Of a DNA stretch of 64,000 nt, positions 35,975-44,335 are shown in pieces. A program made the translations under genes and the position numbers. Position 1 is the stretch's first letter, and every line of letters starts with the position of its first letter. The notes below the pieces were generated by a model. That model was not told the origin of the DNA, ran no database searches, and saw only the letters and a program-made list of their open reading frames with translations. Origin of the DNA: Anaerotruncus sp. (GTDB taxonomy: Bacteria; Bacillota; Clostridia; Oscillospirales; Ruminococcaceae); contig JAETRV010000006.1 in NCBI GenBank assembly GCA_021770005.1, positions 4,372 to 68,371 of the forward strand. Direction: 5' to 3'.

Positions 35975-36744
35975 CTCCTTTTTTCTTTAATCGTAGGCCG
36001 CATATTGACGCTGGTGGTGGAAAAGGAGACCGCTTGGACATTGGTTTCCCCTCTCACCAGGATGTTGTAGACCAGAGCTACCACTGCGCAGGCCGCCGTG
36101 ATGTTGGCGGTAATGGCCTGTGGCGCCGAGACTGAAGCCTCGGCACAGGAAAGCTCGGTGGGGAACTTGTCGGTTCCGTCTAAGATTTCGGGGTACAGGG
36201 CCCCAACCGGCTTGTGGCAGGTGCGCCCGCCGCTGCGGACGCCGCACACCACCTGGCCGGTGTACTCCCCGTTGCCGCTGTCGATGTACACCAGGTCTTT
36301 CATCTGATAGAACACCTTATGGCAAAGGCTCCGGGACTTGTTGTTGTCCACCGCGCCGATGAGGATGACCAGCTCGGTGAGGGTTTTGTCGTGCCATTTC
36401 CCCTCTGAATAATACTGGCCGGTTTTCCAGATACGGGGCGTCACCAGCTTTTTCAATTCCTCTTCACTCTCAATGTAAGCGGGGATGTACTCGGTTTCCA
36501 GGCCAAAGACGGAGGAATACCGCTCGGCCAAAACCTTGGCTTTGTTTTCCCCTAAGTCCGCCTCAATGAAGTTCTGGCGGACCAGGTTCTTTTTCTCCAC
36601 CAGGTCGCCGTCCACAATGAGAAAACGGCAGTTTTCCTGGTCCAGCGCATAGAGCAGGCGGTAAAGGTGGGGGGCGATATGGCCTCCGGTGCCCCCTGCC
36701 CCCAGCATCACGATCTTGACCGGGCGATTTCGGGAAAATCTCAT
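35971..36744 (-). CDS. ThiF/MoeB/E1-like adenylyltransferase
   Basis: 257 aa starting from ATG 36744. MRFSRNRPVKIVMLGAGGTGGHIAPHLY...FLIVDGDLVEKKNLVRQNF carries the GxGxxG and D.D..E..NL.RQ motifs. As sequenced it is also the C-terminal part of ORF 35971..38175. Confidence 0.8.
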   Translation of the reverse strand: MRFSRNRPVKIVMLGAGGTGGHIAPHLYRLLYALDQENCRFLIVDGDLVEKKNLVRQNFIEADLGENKAKVLAERYSSVFGLETEYIPAYIESEEELKKLVTPRIWKTGQYYSEGKWHDKTLTELVILIGAVDNNKSRSLCHKVFYQMKDLVYIDSGNGEYTGQVVCGVRSGGRTCHKPVGALYPEILDGTDKFPTELSCAEASVSAPQAITANITAACAVVALVYNILVRGETNVQAVSFSTTSVNMRPTIKEKRR

Positions 36745-38133
36745 GCCGCCATCGCCCCTTTCAGGGTGAAACCGTCTTCCTCCCCCGTGATGGGGAAGGA
36801 GTCTTCCAGCAGTTGTATCCGGTTGCTCCACCAGTCGGGGAATGCCTTTGGCACCCCCCTCCAGCACATCGCCGGGGTGGATGGGCAGGAAAGTCCCGCC
36901 GTTGCAGATCCGGGCGGATACCTCCGGGAAGTATTGATCCAGCCGGCCCATGACGAGGTACAGGCAGTTTCCCTTCTCGTCGGCGTCGTCAATGCTGGAA
37001 AACTGGGCTGCCATGGAGTTATGCGAGTGTATATCGGCGTAGTAGATCAGCCCGTCCTCCTTCTCCGGGTCGATGGGGATGTCCGCAAAGATGCGGGCCT
37101 TGCTCACCTTCTGGTGGGGGATGTCCAGCAAAAATCTTTCCTCCAGCCGGTTCCAGTAGACCCGGACCAGGGCTTCGGTCTCGGCCCCGTCCCGCATACA
37201 GGAGCGGAAGAAGCCAATGACCTGCTGCACCAGCTCAAAGGGGATGAGGGGAAGGTTGGAATAAAAGCCCTCCCGAACTTCGCCCAATTCTGGGATTTCT
37301 TTTGGTCTGGTGATGAAGCGGCCGGACTCCATACAGCGAATTTCATACACATGGCCATCCCTGGCCGGGACAAAGTTGATGACCTTGGGGGCCTTCTCCA
37401 TCTCCTCCAGGGAGGAAAAAAGACCCTTATACGAGGCGATGCCCTTGGACTGGGCGGCGATGTGGGGGCGCACCTTGCAGGTGAAGTCCCTATCCTTGGC
37501 CTTTTTCAGCATATCCCGGAAGCCTTCGGACTTTTCTATCTCCGCCTTCATGTCGTGGATAACGGAGTCTTTGGGCTTGGGGATGGTTTTGGTGATCTTC
37601 CCGTACTCCATCGTCCAGGAAACACGCTTGCCATCCTCCAATTCGGGGAAGTCCGTCTCCTTCTCCTTGCGGAGTTGCTCAAAGGTCTTTTTCGAGTCGG
37701 TGATCTCCTCCGTCACGCCGCTAAACTGGAAAACCGGCGGCTTTTGGAGCAGTTCCCCGGCAAGGTCCTCGGTAATCTTTTCCTCCACCTGGCGCATGGC
37801 TGCCTCAAAGGGGTTTGCGGGCGCAGCAGACGGTTTGGCTGCCGCCTTGGGAGCCGCAGGCTTTTTTTCTGGGGCAGCGGCCGGTTGGGGCGGGGCTTCG
37901 GGTTCTTTTTCTTCTGGGACATTTGCATCCTCCTTCTTTTCTTTGGGCTCCGGCGTTTCGGCAGGGGCCTCTTTGGGCTGGGCGGTTTCTGTGGTTTCCG
38001 GAGCTTTTTCTTCCGGGGGCTGGGGCGCCGGTTCCTTCTCCGCGAACAGGGCGTCAAAATCCTCCCTGCCGCTGCCAAGGTCCAGGCTGCCCTCTCCTCC
38101 GAAAATCGCCATGAAATCCATGTTGTCACTCAT
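36741..38133 (-). CDS. JAB/MPN (JAMM) metallopeptidase with a long N-terminal region. The native C-terminus is in another frame: one extra G in a G6 run fuses it to E1 as sequenced.
   Basis: ATG 38133 has AAGGAGGA upstream. JAMM motif HSHNSMAAQFSSID (HxHx7Sx2D) at about 37029-36988. Deleting one G at 36854-36859 gives ...HPGDVLEG-VPKAFPDWWSNRIQLLEDSFPITGEEDGFTLKGAMAA-stop, and that stop forms an ATGA overlap with the E1 start. Confidence 0.7.
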
Positions 38134-38162
38134 TGTGTTTTCCTCCTTCTTTGTTTTGGGAC

Positions 38163-38205
38163 AAAAAAAGACCACAGCCGGGCCCTTTTGGGCTGGCTAT
38201 GGTCT
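38163..38205 (-). terminator. intrinsic terminator at the 3' end of leader copy A, about 30 nt before the JAB start
   Basis: Minus-strand RNA reads agaccauagccagccc-aaaa-gggcccggcuguggucu followed by UUUUUUU. Confidence 0.7.
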
Positions 38206-38376
38206 TTCTGTCTGGTCGTATTTCGGTTTTCGTGTTGGACGGATTACGGCGGGGCGCACTGGCCCCTGGGGTCTTTCGCTCCTACCTTGGGCGGCACAAG
38301 GGGCCGCGCCACACTCCTACCTGAAATACAGGTCTATTTTAGCATGAGGAGGAGAGGGTGTACACTTGCACTTTTG
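38163..38376 (-). promoter_or_regulatory. promoter + ~165-nt structured leader + terminator cassette, copy A
   Basis: Extended -10 TGcTAAAAT (TAAAAT at 38341-38336). Conserved core contains two AGGUAGGAG repeats. Roughly 85-90% identical by manual alignment to 60061-60268. Confidence 0.65.
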
Positions 38377-38526
38377 AAAAATTTATTTCTCAATATGAAG
38401 AACAAAAGCGACGATAGGGTGATTTTTTATTTTTGTCTGTTGCGGTTACAGAGAGAACCTATCATAGTTCAGACAGTGCTTAACGATTGTGAATACCAGC
38501 TCTTAGCGCCTTTAATTGATACTCTC

Positions 38527-39864
38527 TCACCCGTTCCATCCCTCCACCCGAATGAGCAGCTGCCGGGTGTAGGTGTAAGCGCTGACCGGAAAATCCCGCA
38601 GATCTGCGGTGTTGGAACAGATCAGGTAGTCTACAACATTGCCTTCCTCATCGGTCACCACATCGCTGATCAGTACAGCATGTCTCCACCGGTCGGCCGT
38701 GCCCATATGGATAATATCCCCCGGCCTGCCTGTATCGTAGGGGGCGTCAGTGACCGCAACCAAACCGTAACCTCTGTTTTCTTTCGCATAGCTCAAAAAG
38801 TCCTCCACCGCCGACCAGGAGGCGGAGCGTCCCGCCGCTCTGGAGAGGTTGTCCGGGGTGCTGCCATACCACTTCCAAATACCGGGGGCAGAAATATCCA
38901 TGGGGATGCCTCCGGCCAGCAGGCACTGGGAGACAAAATTCTGGCAGTTGCCGCCGTTGCGGCTGTAATCCGGCCAGCTGCTGCTGCGGTCCCCTACCCA
39001 CTGACGGGCGTAGGCAACTGCCCTTTCCCGGTCATAGGGATGGCTGGCCGCCACCGCCTTTTCCTCCCCTTGGGAAAGACGCCGCGCTACATCCTCTCTT
39101 GCAGCTTCCAGCATCCGCGCGGTCTGTTCCTTGTAGTAGGCTTCCAGCTCCGTTAAGGACGGGGTCGAGGGAGAGGAGCGGCGATACGCATACCGCCCCA
39201 TCACAGTCCAATACAGGCGCTCCATCTGGCTGTGGGCCGTGACGGTCCAGCGATCCTCCCCCAAAGATGTCAGGGTAAATTGGTGATAGACATTTTTTTG
39301 CTCCGAATCCACTTCCGGGGTGGCCCGGAAATTCTGGATGCTGTCTTCCGACACCCAGAGGGTAACGGAACCGTCCTCCCCCTCCTCCAAATTCCGGCAG
39401 GTCAGCTCCACCTGATAGGAGAGCAGGGAAAGGTCGGCACGCTGCATCTTTCGTATCTCCACGATGTATTCCCAGATCGCCCGGTTCCCCAGCCGTTGGG
39501 CGTCGGCTCCGGGGGTAAAAAGATCATCCGGCTTTTGCAGCTCCAGCCCCGCAAGGGTGTCGTAGTATCGGGTCATCAGCGCCAGCACGATCTCCTGCTG
39601 CCCCAAAGTCATTTCCCCAGGGTCGGCAAAACCCACCGTTCCGATCCCCAACGGCTCCGGTGGGCTGTCTTCCGCGTCAGGTTCCTCCAGCGGCAATATG
39701 ACCGCCTCCGAAGCCGGCTGTTCCGACTGCGAAGAAGCGCTGTATGAAAAATCGGACCTTGGCAGGTCCGATCCCGAAGGAACAGAAGCGCATCCGGCCA
39801 AGGCTCCGGCCAGCAGCAGCGCGGCAAAATGTTCCAGAAAAGCTGTCAAAATAACACCTCCCAT
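38527..39864 (-). CDS. secreted lipoprotein with a C-terminal amidase/cysteine-peptidase-like domain
   Basis: ORF 38527..39873 (ATG at 39864). Lipobox LAGALAGCAS. The C-terminal part ...RNGGNCQNFVSQCLLAGGIPMD...WRHAVLISDV resembles the putative amidase domain family. Confidence 0.6.
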   Translation of the reverse strand: MGGVILTAFLEHFAALLLAGALAGCASVPSGSDLPRSDFSYSASSQSEQPASEAVILPLEEPDAEDSPPEPLGIGTVGFADPGEMTLGQQEIVLALMTRYYDTLAGLELQKPDDLFTPGADAQRLGNRAIWEYIVEIRKMQRADLSLLSYQVELTCRNLEEGEDGSVTLWVSEDSIQNFRATPEVDSEQKNVYHQFTLTSLGEDRWTVTAHSQMERLYWTVMGRYAYRRSSPSTPSLTELEAYYKEQTARMLEAAREDVARRLSQGEEKAVAASHPYDRERAVAYARQWVGDRSSSWPDYSRNGGNCQNFVSQCLLAGGIPMDISAPGIWKWYGSTPDNLSRAAGRSASWSAVEDFLSYAKENRGYGLVAVTDAPYDTGRPGDIIHMGTADRWRHAVLISDVVTDEEGNVVDYLICSNTADLRDFPVSAYTYTRQLLIRVEGWNG

Positions 39865-39889
39865 AGCGGGCAAGAGGCCAGCAGCCCTG

Positions 39890-40393
39890 TTAATCCACCT
39901 CTCCCACGATATTTTCCTTCATGGCGGCCACAACATCAGGCTGATTCTCACAGTCACAGGGCAGGTGGGAAAAGACATTGATCAAAAGCTCCAGCCCTCT
40001 TTGAAGGTCCGCAACATCCTGATCGCTCAGCGCCTCCAGCAGCGGACGAAAACAGCTTGCGTCATGCTCCAGAAAATGCTCGGTGTATCCGGTGGCCTTG
40101 TCCGTCAGCCGGATGCGGATGATCCTGCGGTTTGTGGGATCATAGACCCGATCCACCAGCTCCTGTTCCACCAGGCGGTTTACCATGGCGGTCATCTGCT
40201 GCTTCTGCATTTTGGTCCACCTGGCCAGCTCGGACATGGTCATGATCCCGCCGCCCCACTGCAAGGTCTTGATGCAGTAGTACATCTCCAGGCTGATCCC
40301 CTCCTCCAAAAGCTGTTTGAACGGCTTCGCAACACGGTAATTCCACTGGGGCAGCAGCGTCAGAAACATCTCCTGTATTTTTGTAAAATCCAT
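39890..40393 (-). CDS. MarR-family transcriptional regulator
   Basis: 167 aa. Winged HTH ...MSELARWTKMQKQQMTAMVNRLVEQELVDRVYDPTNRRIIRIRLTDKATG. Confidence 0.8.
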   Translation of the reverse strand: MDFTKIQEMFLTLLPQWNYRVAKPFKQLLEEGISLEMYYCIKTLQWGGGIMTMSELARWTKMQKQQMTAMVNRLVEQELVDRVYDPTNRRIIRIRLTDKATGYTEHFLEHDASCFRPLLEALSDQDVADLQRGLELLINVFSHLPCDCENQPDVVAAMKENIVGEVD

Positions 40394-40461
40394 AAAATCT
40401 CCCTCTTTATTTCAGCATAGGTCTTGACAAAATATAAAGTTGACTATATACTTTCATTTAT

Positions 40462-40479
40462 AGTAAATCTCGTTTTACT
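40462..40479. promoter_or_regulatory. candidate MarR operator palindrome
   Basis: AGTAAA-tctcgt-TTTACT lies in the marR/MATE divergent intergenic region. A third AGTTTACT half-site sits 10 nt downstream. Confidence 0.35.
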
Positions 40480-40577
40480 GAATATTTTAGTTTACTGTAC
40501 TTAGATTATACGCGATATTTGCGGAAAAGGCAAGAGAAAAAATAAATTTCTCAAAAAATCTGTCTGGAATAGGGGGC

Positions 40578-41960
40578 ATGATCTTGACAGCAGAACATGA
40601 GGACCGCGACCTACATCTTATGGCAAGGGCGCCGGTCTCACAAGCGATCCTGAAACTCTCCATCCCAACGGTACTCAGCAACATCGTTTCCCTGCTCTAT
40701 AACCTGACCGACACCTATTTCATCGGCCTGTTGGACGACCCGGTGCAGCTGGGGGCTATCTCTCTGGCCTTCCCGGTGTTTATGCTCATCCAGGCCATCG
40801 GCAATGTCTTCGGCAACGGCGCGCCTTCCTACATCTCCCGCTGTTTAGGCGCCAAGCAGTATGACGAGGTAAAGCGGACCAGCGCCGTGTCGGTGTACAT
40901 CTCTTCCGCCGCCACCGTGGTACTCGGTATCGCTATCTTTCTCTTTATGGACCCCATCCTCCGCCTGCTGGGGACCAGCGAGGCCAACATCGGCCCTACC
41001 CGCGCCTATCTGGAAGTGATCGTCGCCTTCGCCGTGGTCATCATCCTGCAAGTCATCCTGTCCAGTATGCTCCGGGCTGTGGGCAAGGTGAAGGAGGCGG
41101 TGATCGGCATCATCGTTGGCACGGTGCTGAACATCGTCCTGGACCCGGTTTTCATCTTAGTGTTCCGTCAGGGTGTGGCGGGGGCGGCTATCGCCACCAT
41201 TCTCGGCAACCTTGTGGGGGTGATCTACTACCTGTTTGTTTACATCAAGAGGGAGAGTCCCCTTTCCATCCACCCAAAGGACTGCCGCCCCAGCGCGCGG
41301 ATCTTCTCGGAGGTCCTGAAGATCGGCCTGCCCAACTCCATCTCTGTTATCATCATGAGCTGTTCCACCATCATTCTGAACAATCTGGCCTCCGGCTTTG
41401 GCGACCATGTGGTGTCCGCCTACGGCGTTTCCGGAAAGCTCATCCAGATGGTCTACATGATCGTGGTGGGATATGTCACCGGCTATATGCCCTTTGCAGG
41501 GTATAACTACGGCGCGGGCAACTTCAAGCGGATGCTTTCCGCCCTGAAATTTACCATGCTGTCCGGGACGGGGGTCTGTCTGGCGCTGCTGGTCCCCTTT
41601 GTCTGGCTCTCCCCGAACTTTGTAGGGGCCTTTACCACCGACGCGCAGATCATCGATGTGGGGGTCCGCTTTCTCCGGGCCCAGGCTTGGGCGGTCCCCA
41701 TCATGGCGGTGCAGACCACCATGATGGTCACCTTCCAGGCCACCGGGCAGGCGATCCGGGCCATGACCGTCAACATGGGGCGGCAGCTGCTGTACAATAT
41801 CCCCTTCCTTTTCCTGTTCAGCCATCTATGGGGCCTCGACGGACTGCTCTACGCCCAGATGGCGGCGGACTATTGTACCGTCATCACGGCGGTCCTGATC
41901 GGCATTCCGCTGCTTCGCAGCCTGTACCAAAAAAGCAAACAACAAACAGACGACCTTTGA
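40578..41960 (+). CDS. MATE-family efflux transporter
   Basis: 460 aa, 12-TM pattern. ...ILKLSIPTVLSNIVSLLYNLTDTYFIG... Confidence 0.85.
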   Translation: MILTAEHEDRDLHLMARAPVSQAILKLSIPTVLSNIVSLLYNLTDTYFIGLLDDPVQLGAISLAFPVFMLIQAIGNVFGNGAPSYISRCLGAKQYDEVKRTSAVSVYISSAATVVLGIAIFLFMDPILRLLGTSEANIGPTRAYLEVIVAFAVVIILQVILSSMLRAVGKVKEAVIGIIVGTVLNIVLDPVFILVFRQGVAGAAIATILGNLVGVIYYLFVYIKRESPLSIHPKDCRPSARIFSEVLKIGLPNSISVIIMSCSTIILNNLASGFGDHVVSAYGVSGKLIQMVYMIVVGYVTGYMPFAGYNYGAGNFKRMLSALKFTMLSGTGVCLALLVPFVWLSPNFVGAFTTDAQIIDVGVRFLRAQAWAVPIMAVQTTMMVTFQATGQAIRAMTVNMGRQLLYNIPFLFLFSHLWGLDGLLYAQMAADYCTVITAVLIGIPLLRSLYQKSKQQTDDL

Positions 41961-41974
41961 AGGAGGAAATTTTT

Positions 41975-43102
41975 ATGAACAAGAAGAAACTGGGCTTCGG
42001 CCTGATGCGCCTGCCGCTCCTGGACCCGTCTGATGTGACCAAGATCGACTACGAGACGCTGTGCAAAATGGCGGACCGCTACCTGAAGGCGGGCTTCAAC
42101 TACTTCGACACGGCGTTTCCCTATCACAACGGCGGCAACAGCGAGATCGCCTTCCGGGAATGTGTCGCCAAGAGGCACCCTCGTGACGCCTACACCCTTA
42201 CCGACAAGCTGAGCTTCTTTGTGGTCCAGAAAGCGGAGGAATTGGAGGATTTCTTTGCCGGTCAGCTGGAGCGGTGCGGCGTGGAATACTTTGACTACTA
42301 CCTGCTCCACTCCATGAACAAGGACTACCTGGAGCTGGCGGAGAAGATCGGCGCCTTTGACTTTGCCGCCCGGAAAAAGGCGGAGGGGAAGATCCGCCAT
42401 GTTGGTTTCTCCTTCCACGACAAGGCGGATGTGCTGGATGAGATTCTGACCCGCCACCCGGAGATGGAGTATGTGCAGCTGCAAATCAACTACGCCGACT
42501 GGGAGAATGCAGAGGTGCAGTCCCGGAAGTGCTACGAGGTGGCGGTCAGGCACAACAAGCCGGTGCTGGTCATGGAGCCGGTGAAGGGCGGACTGCTGTC
42601 CGATGTCCCGCCGGAGGCGGAGAAACTGTTGAAAAAGGCCCGCCCAGAATGGTCGGTGGCCTCCTGGGCGGTGCGGTTTGCCGCCAGCCTTCCTAATGTG
42701 GCGATGGTGCTGTCCGGCATGACCACCCCGGAGCAGATGGAGGACAACCTCTCCTACATGGACGGTTTCCAGCCCCTCACCGAGGAAGAAATGCAGCTTG
42801 TGAAAAGGGTCGCCGGGATCATCACCTCGAAGGAGACCATTGCCTGCACCGGCTGCCGGTACTGCGTGGACGGGTGCCCGCAGAAGATCGGTATTCCCGA
42901 CTTTTTCAAGCTGGTCAACGATGTGGATAAGTTCGGCGAGCGGCAGATCCCCCTTGCGAAAAACTATTACAACCACTATACGACTACGCTGGGGATGGGC
43001 AAAGCCTCGTCCTGTATCGGCTGTGGGCAGTGTGAGGAACATTGTCCCCAGCACCTGCCCATCAGGAAGCATCTGGAGAAAACCGCAGAAATACTGGAAT
43101 AG
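41975..43102 (+). CDS. aldo/keto reductase with a C-terminal 4Fe-4S ferredoxin-like domain
   Basis: ORF 41687..43102 trimmed to ATG 41975 (AGGAGG upstream). MNKKKLGFGLMRLP... Cys clusters CTGCRYCVDGCP and CIGCGQCEEHCP. Confidence 0.8.
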   Translation: MNKKKLGFGLMRLPLLDPSDVTKIDYETLCKMADRYLKAGFNYFDTAFPYHNGGNSEIAFRECVAKRHPRDAYTLTDKLSFFVVQKAEELEDFFAGQLERCGVEYFDYYLLHSMNKDYLELAEKIGAFDFAARKKAEGKIRHVGFSFHDKADVLDEILTRHPEMEYVQLQINYADWENAEVQSRKCYEVAVRHNKPVLVMEPVKGGLLSDVPPEAEKLLKKARPEWSVASWAVRFAASLPNVAMVLSGMTTPEQMEDNLSYMDGFQPLTEEEMQLVKRVAGIITSKETIACTGCRYCVDGCPQKIGIPDFFKLVNDVDKFGERQIPLAKNYYNHYTTTLGMGKASSCIGCGQCEEHCPQHLPIRKHLEKTAEILE

Positions 43103-43210
43103 CAGCTTGATTTTACGATCCGGTTATACGGCTTCGGAGACAGAAAGACGCAGTATCTGTACATTGGAGCCTGTCATAACAATAAAAAGGAAACACAGGA
43201 GGAACTTATC

Positions 43211-44335
43211 ATGAAGCGAAAAATGGCGAGCATTTTGTCCCTGCTCCTGGTGATGGGGATGATCGGGGGCTGCGCCTCTGCTCCAGCACCGGAGACCCCA
43301 TCCCAGGCCCCAAGCGTGCCTGCATCGGAAAGCGCCCCTGCGTCGGAAAGCACGCCTGCGCCGGAGAGCTCCAGCGAAGACGGGGAGGAAGAGTCTGCCG
43401 GCGGCTATGAAATCTCGGGAATGCCGCCGGAGGAGATGGTGGCCCATGTGAACCATAAGACCGAGGACGAGTCCGCGCCCATTGTCTATTTCACCTCGGA
43501 TGTGAGCCCGGAAGGTCTCAAGAAGGTCTATGACGCTCTGGGGCATACCCTCGAGGGCAAGGTGGCGGTAAAGATCTCCACCGGCGAGCAGGGGAACCAG
43601 AACTATCTGCGCCCGGAGCTGATTGGGGATCTGGTGCAGTCCCTGGACGGAACCATCGTGGAGTGCAACACGGCCTATGACCGGGCAAGGGCCAGCACGG
43701 CGATGCACCTTCAGGTCGCGGAGGATCACGGCTTTACCGCAATTGCGGATGTGGACATTATGGATGCGGACGGCTCCATCGAAATTCCCGTAGAGGGCGG
43801 CACCTATCTTACCGAGGACATTGTGGGAAGCCACCTGACCAACTATGATTCCATGCTGGCCCTTTCCCACTTCAAGGGCCATCCCATGGGCGGGTTCGGC
43901 GGCGCACTGAAGAACATCTCCATCGGCGTTGCCTCCCGGAGCGGCAAGAGCTGGATCCACAGTGCGGGAACCGCCAAGGAGGGGATGCAGATGTGGCCGC
44001 AGAATCCTTTCCTCCGTTCCATGGCCGAGGCGGCCTGGGCGGTGGATCATCACTTTGGGGAGCAGATCTCCTATGTGAATGTGTTGAACAATATCTCTGT
44101 GGACTGCGACTGCGTGGCGGAAGCGGCAGATCCGTCGATGGCCGATATTGGGATCATGGCTTCCCTCGATCCGGTGGCTATTGATTCCGCCAGCGTGGAT
44201 ATGATCTATGACGCCCATGACGGCCATGAACTGGTGGAGCGGATCGAGTCCATGAACGGGCTCCTGATTTTGGAGCACGGGGAGAAAATGGGGATCGGCA
44301 GCCAGAATTACCGTCTGGTCAACCTGGACGAATAA
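43211..44335 (+). CDS. DUF362-like lipoprotein (putative Fe-S-binding)
   Basis: 374 aa. Lipobox MGMIGGCAS. SHFKGHPMGGFGGALKNISIG and DCDC motifs. Confidence 0.6.
   Translation: MKRKMASILSLLLVMGMIGGCASAPAPETPSQAPSVPASESAPASESTPAPESSSEDGEEESAGGYEISGMPPEEMVAHVNHKTEDESAPIVYFTSDVSPEGLKKVYDALGHTLEGKVAVKISTGEQGNQNYLRPELIGDLVQSLDGTIVECNTAYDRARASTAMHLQVAEDHGFTAIADVDIMDADGSIEIPVEGGTYLTEDIVGSHLTNYDSMLALSHFKGHPMGGFGGALKNISIGVASRSGKSWIHSAGTAKEGMQMWPQNPFLRSMAEAAWAVDHHFGEQISYVNVLNNISVDCDCVAEAADPSMADIGIMASLDPVAIDSASVDMIYDAHDGHELVERIESMNGLLILEHGEKMGIGSQNYRLVNLDE

Noticed and set aside
38134-38175. The upstream start of the 734-aa ORF (MVFFCPKTKKEENT...).
   Set aside because: It has no RBS and overlaps the leader terminator U-run. 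ATG 38133 has AAGGAGGA at proper spacing.
38236-38306. A 22-codon GUG-initiated ORF inside the leader (VARP(L/Q)(V/R)PPKVGAKDPRGQCAPP), conserved in frame in both copies.
   Set aside because: The GUG sits only 1-3 nt after the AGGAG, there is no ATG, and frame conservation follows trivially from substitutions without indels. I treat the region as RNA.
38163-38376. The duplicated 210-bp sequences as att sites, IS ends or LTR-like element termini.
   Set aside because: Both copies are internal, in the same orientation, and each is fused to a promoter on one side and a terminator-RBS-ATG on the other. Neither lies at the tRNA junction.
36667-39156. Very long plus-strand ORF (829 aa). Similar long antisense ORFs are 4337..5596, 6277..7284, 9343..10515, 16343..17941, 34261..35259, 41870..43072, 43124..44278, 45744..46865 and 58213..59817.
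   Set aside because: They lie antisense to genes with clear family signatures and have Arg/Gly/Pro/His-rich, low-information compositions with no RBS. These are typical shadow ORFs of high-GC DNA.
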